Below, one piece after another: positions 61,376 to 64,000 of a stretch of 64,000 nucleotides of DNA. Both the position numbers and the translations under genes were made by a program. Source of the DNA: Squalus acanthias (taxonomy: Eukaryota); the NCBI GenBank assembly GCA_030390025.1, contig CM059432.1:84508001-84572000 (forward strand), in the 5' to 3' direction. Each line of letters starts with the position of its first letter. The stretch's first letter is position 1. The notes below the pieces were generated by a model. It saw only the letters and a program-made list of their open reading frames with translations, searched no databases and was not told the origin of the DNA.

Positions 61376-61659
61376 TATATCTCCCTAAAGACTTTTACAA
61401 TCCTCCTCGCTGTTTGCCAAGCCCCATAATTTAGTGTCATCGGTAAATTTTGAAATTGTGCTCCTTACGCCTAATTCCAGCTTATTTATATATTGAGAAC
61501 AAAAAGGGAAACAGCACTGACTTCTGGATTTACACCACTACCAACCCTGCTCCAATCCAATTCACACCGATTTACCCTCTCTCTTTGTTTCCTATCAATC
61601 AATCAACTTTATATCCATGCTGCTACATTTCTTCTTATACCATACGTCAAGTTCCTATA

Positions 61660-64000
61660 GGGATGGCAGTGCAGGTGGTGTGCTGCAACTGCAGCAAGTG
61701 GGAGTTTGTGGAGAGCATTGTGATCCCAGACAACCACGTTTGCAATAAGTGCCTGCATCTTGAGGAACTTCAGCTCAGAGCTGTTGAGCTGGAGTCTGAG
61801 GTGCAGACATTGCGGGGCATCAGGGAGGGGGAAGGGTTACCTGGATACTTTGATCCAGGAGGCAGTCACACCCCTTAGGTTAGGTAGTGGTACAGGTCTG
61901 GTTAGTGGTCAGGGACAGGAGGGTGTGACTGCAACTCAGGCAGGTCAGGGGACCCCAGGTGCAGTGCTGGAGAAGCCTCAGCTTTTGTCCTTGTCCAACA
62001 GGTATGAGGTTCTTGCTGCCTGTGTGGTTGAGGAAATAGCCTGCAGGATGGATGAGCAGTCTGACCATTGCACCATGATGCAGGAGGCCATTCAAGTGGG
62101 GGCAGTGAAAGAGGAATGTAGTTGTGGTAGGGGACAGTATAGTCAGAGGGATAGATACTGTTCTATGCAACCACGACCGAGAGTTCCGAAGGTTGTGTTG
62201 CCTGCCCGGTGCCAGGGTTAAAGACATCACCTCGCGGCTGGAGAAGAACTTGGAGTGGGAGGGAGAGGATCCAGTTATTGTGGTCCACGTAGGAACCAAT
62301 GACATAGGTAGAACTAGGAATGAGGTTCTGCTGAGGGAGTTTGAGGAGCTATGATCCAAATTAAAAAGCAAAACCTCAAAGGTAAATAATCGCTGGATTG
62401 TTACCTGAGCCACGCACAAATTGGCATAGGGACAGACAGATTAGAGGTTTAAATGCGTGGCTCAAAGAGTGGTGTGGGAGGAAGGGGTTTCAGTTCATGG
62501 GGCACTGGCACCAGTACTGGGGAAAGAGGGAGCTGCTCCGTTGGGACGGGCTCCACTTAAACCAGGCTGGGACCAGTGTCCTGGTGAACCGAATAACTAG
62601 GGCAGTAGACAGGGATTTAAACTAATGAAGGGGGGGTGGGAGGATTCAGGAAAGAGTAAATTTAAAAGCAGTGAGAGAAATGTCAAGGCTCTAGAGCAGA
62701 GTAGAGTTTTGGGTAAAAATAAGCAGAGTGGGTCAGGAAGGGACAGAGAGAGTAACAAAGGTAATAAGGCATCAGTGACTAAGGTGACATTAGGGAAAAA
62801 TAGAAATAAGTCAAAACTTAAGGCATTATATCTGAATGCGCGAAGCATTCACAACAAATAGATGAATCAATAGTGCAGATAGAAATTAACAGGTTTGATC
62901 TAACAGCTATAATGGAGACATGTTTCCAAAGTGGCCAAGGTTGGGAACTAAATATTCCAGGATACTTAACTTTTAGAAGAGATAGGCAAAATGGAAAAGG
63001 AGGAGGGGTAGCCCTGATAAAAAAGGATGGGGTAAAGACAGTAGAGAGAAAGGATCTTAGCTCCAAAAATCAGGAAGTAGAATCCGTTTGGGTGGAACTA
63101 AGAAATAGCAAGGGGCAGAAAACATTGGTGGGAGTTGCTTATAGGCTCACAAATAGTAGTTGTAATGTAGGGCAGAGTATAAATCAGGAAATTGGAGGTG
63201 TATGTAACAAGGGTAATACAGTAATCATGGGGGACTTTAATCTACATATAGACTGGTCAAACCAAATTTGCAGTAATAGTATGTTGGACGAATTCATGGA
63301 ATGTATGCAAGATAGTTTTCTAGATCAGTATGTTGAAGAACTAACTGGGGAACAGGCTGTTTTAGATCTAGTATTGTGCAATGAGAAAGGGTTAATTAAT
63401 AACCTTGTAGTAAAGGGGCCTTTAGGGAAGAGTGACCATAATATGATAGAATTTTATATTGAGTTTGAAAGTGATTAAGTTAAATCCAAAACTAGGGTCT
63501 TAAATCTAAACAAAGCAAACTACGCAGGTATGAGGGGCGAGTTGGCTAAGGTAGATTGGGAAACTACATTAAAAGGTATAACAGTAGACAAGCAATGGCT
63601 AGCATTTAAAGAATTAATACATAATTTACAACAAATATACATTCCTTTAAGGCACAAAGACCCCGCAGGAAAAGTGGTCCAACCGTGGCTAACAAGAGAA
63701 GTTAAAGATAGTATTAGATCAAAGGAAGAGACTTATAATGTTGCCAAAAAGAGTAGTAAGCCTGAGGATTGGGTGGATTTTAGAATTCAGCAAAGGAGGG
63801 CCAGGAAATTGATAAAGAAAGGCAAAAATGGAATGAGAGTAAACTAGCGAGCGACATAAAAACAGACTGTAAAAGCTTCTATAGGTATGTAAAAAGGAAA
63901 AGATTAGCAAAAGTAAATGCGGGTCCCTTACAGGCTGAGACACGAGAAATTATAATGGGGAATAAGGAAATGGCAGAGAAATTAAACAAATGCTTTGTGT
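61660..64000 (+). mobile_element. CR1 LINE 5' portion: ORF1 (Cys-rich N-terminus, coiled coil, SGNH esterase) and ORF2 endonuclease
   Basis: VVCCNCSKWEF..VCNKCLHL, LSNRYEVL, VGDSIVRG, HVGTNDIG, DGLHLN, then YLNARSI, GGGVAL, MGDFN, LGKSDHNM. Runs off the end of the window. Confidence 0.93.

Larger units (their letters stand above)
58820..61640 (-). mobile_element. Old CR1 fragment split by three MITEs
   Basis: Pieces at 58820-59108, 60002-60166, 60320-60382 and 61376-61640 with RT C-terminal similarity (EVIHFGRNNK). Confidence 0.7.

Noticed and set aside
1..64000. CRISPR arrays, rRNA genes or prokaryote-type operons
   Set aside because: No repeat-spacer structure or rRNA similarity was seen, and all long ORFs are explained by eukaryotic transposons or their antisense frames.

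Overview
This is eukaryotic DNA made up mostly of nested transposable elements. The repeat repertoire suggests a cartilaginous fish (shark-like); that is an inference. Retroelements: many CR1 LINEs (SGNH-esterase ORF1, APE endonuclease/RT ORF2), L2 LINE pieces with tRNA-headed DeuSINEs sharing their tail, one fairly intact RTE LINE, a second CR1/L2-group LINE family, and Penelope-like element (PLE) remnants carrying minimal hammerhead-ribozyme motifs. DNA transposons: a full-length but frameshifted Tigger/pogo element (TA TSD), two hAT MITEs (8-bp TSDs), and many PIF/Harbinger elements (decayed two-gene Myb + HARBI1-like copies and several MITE families with 3-bp TSDs). I could not identify a host gene. 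A few splice-site-bounded exon candidates lie in unique AT-rich stretches, and several more convincing-looking 'exons' turned out to be decayed Harbinger Myb exons. The most notable observations are a TSD-flanked 77-bp perfect PLE foldback with a hammerhead core, a conserved hairpin plus antisense splice-donor module shared by divergent MITEs, and repeated insertion into CR1 3' tails. Nothing here can be established as a new system from sequence alone.
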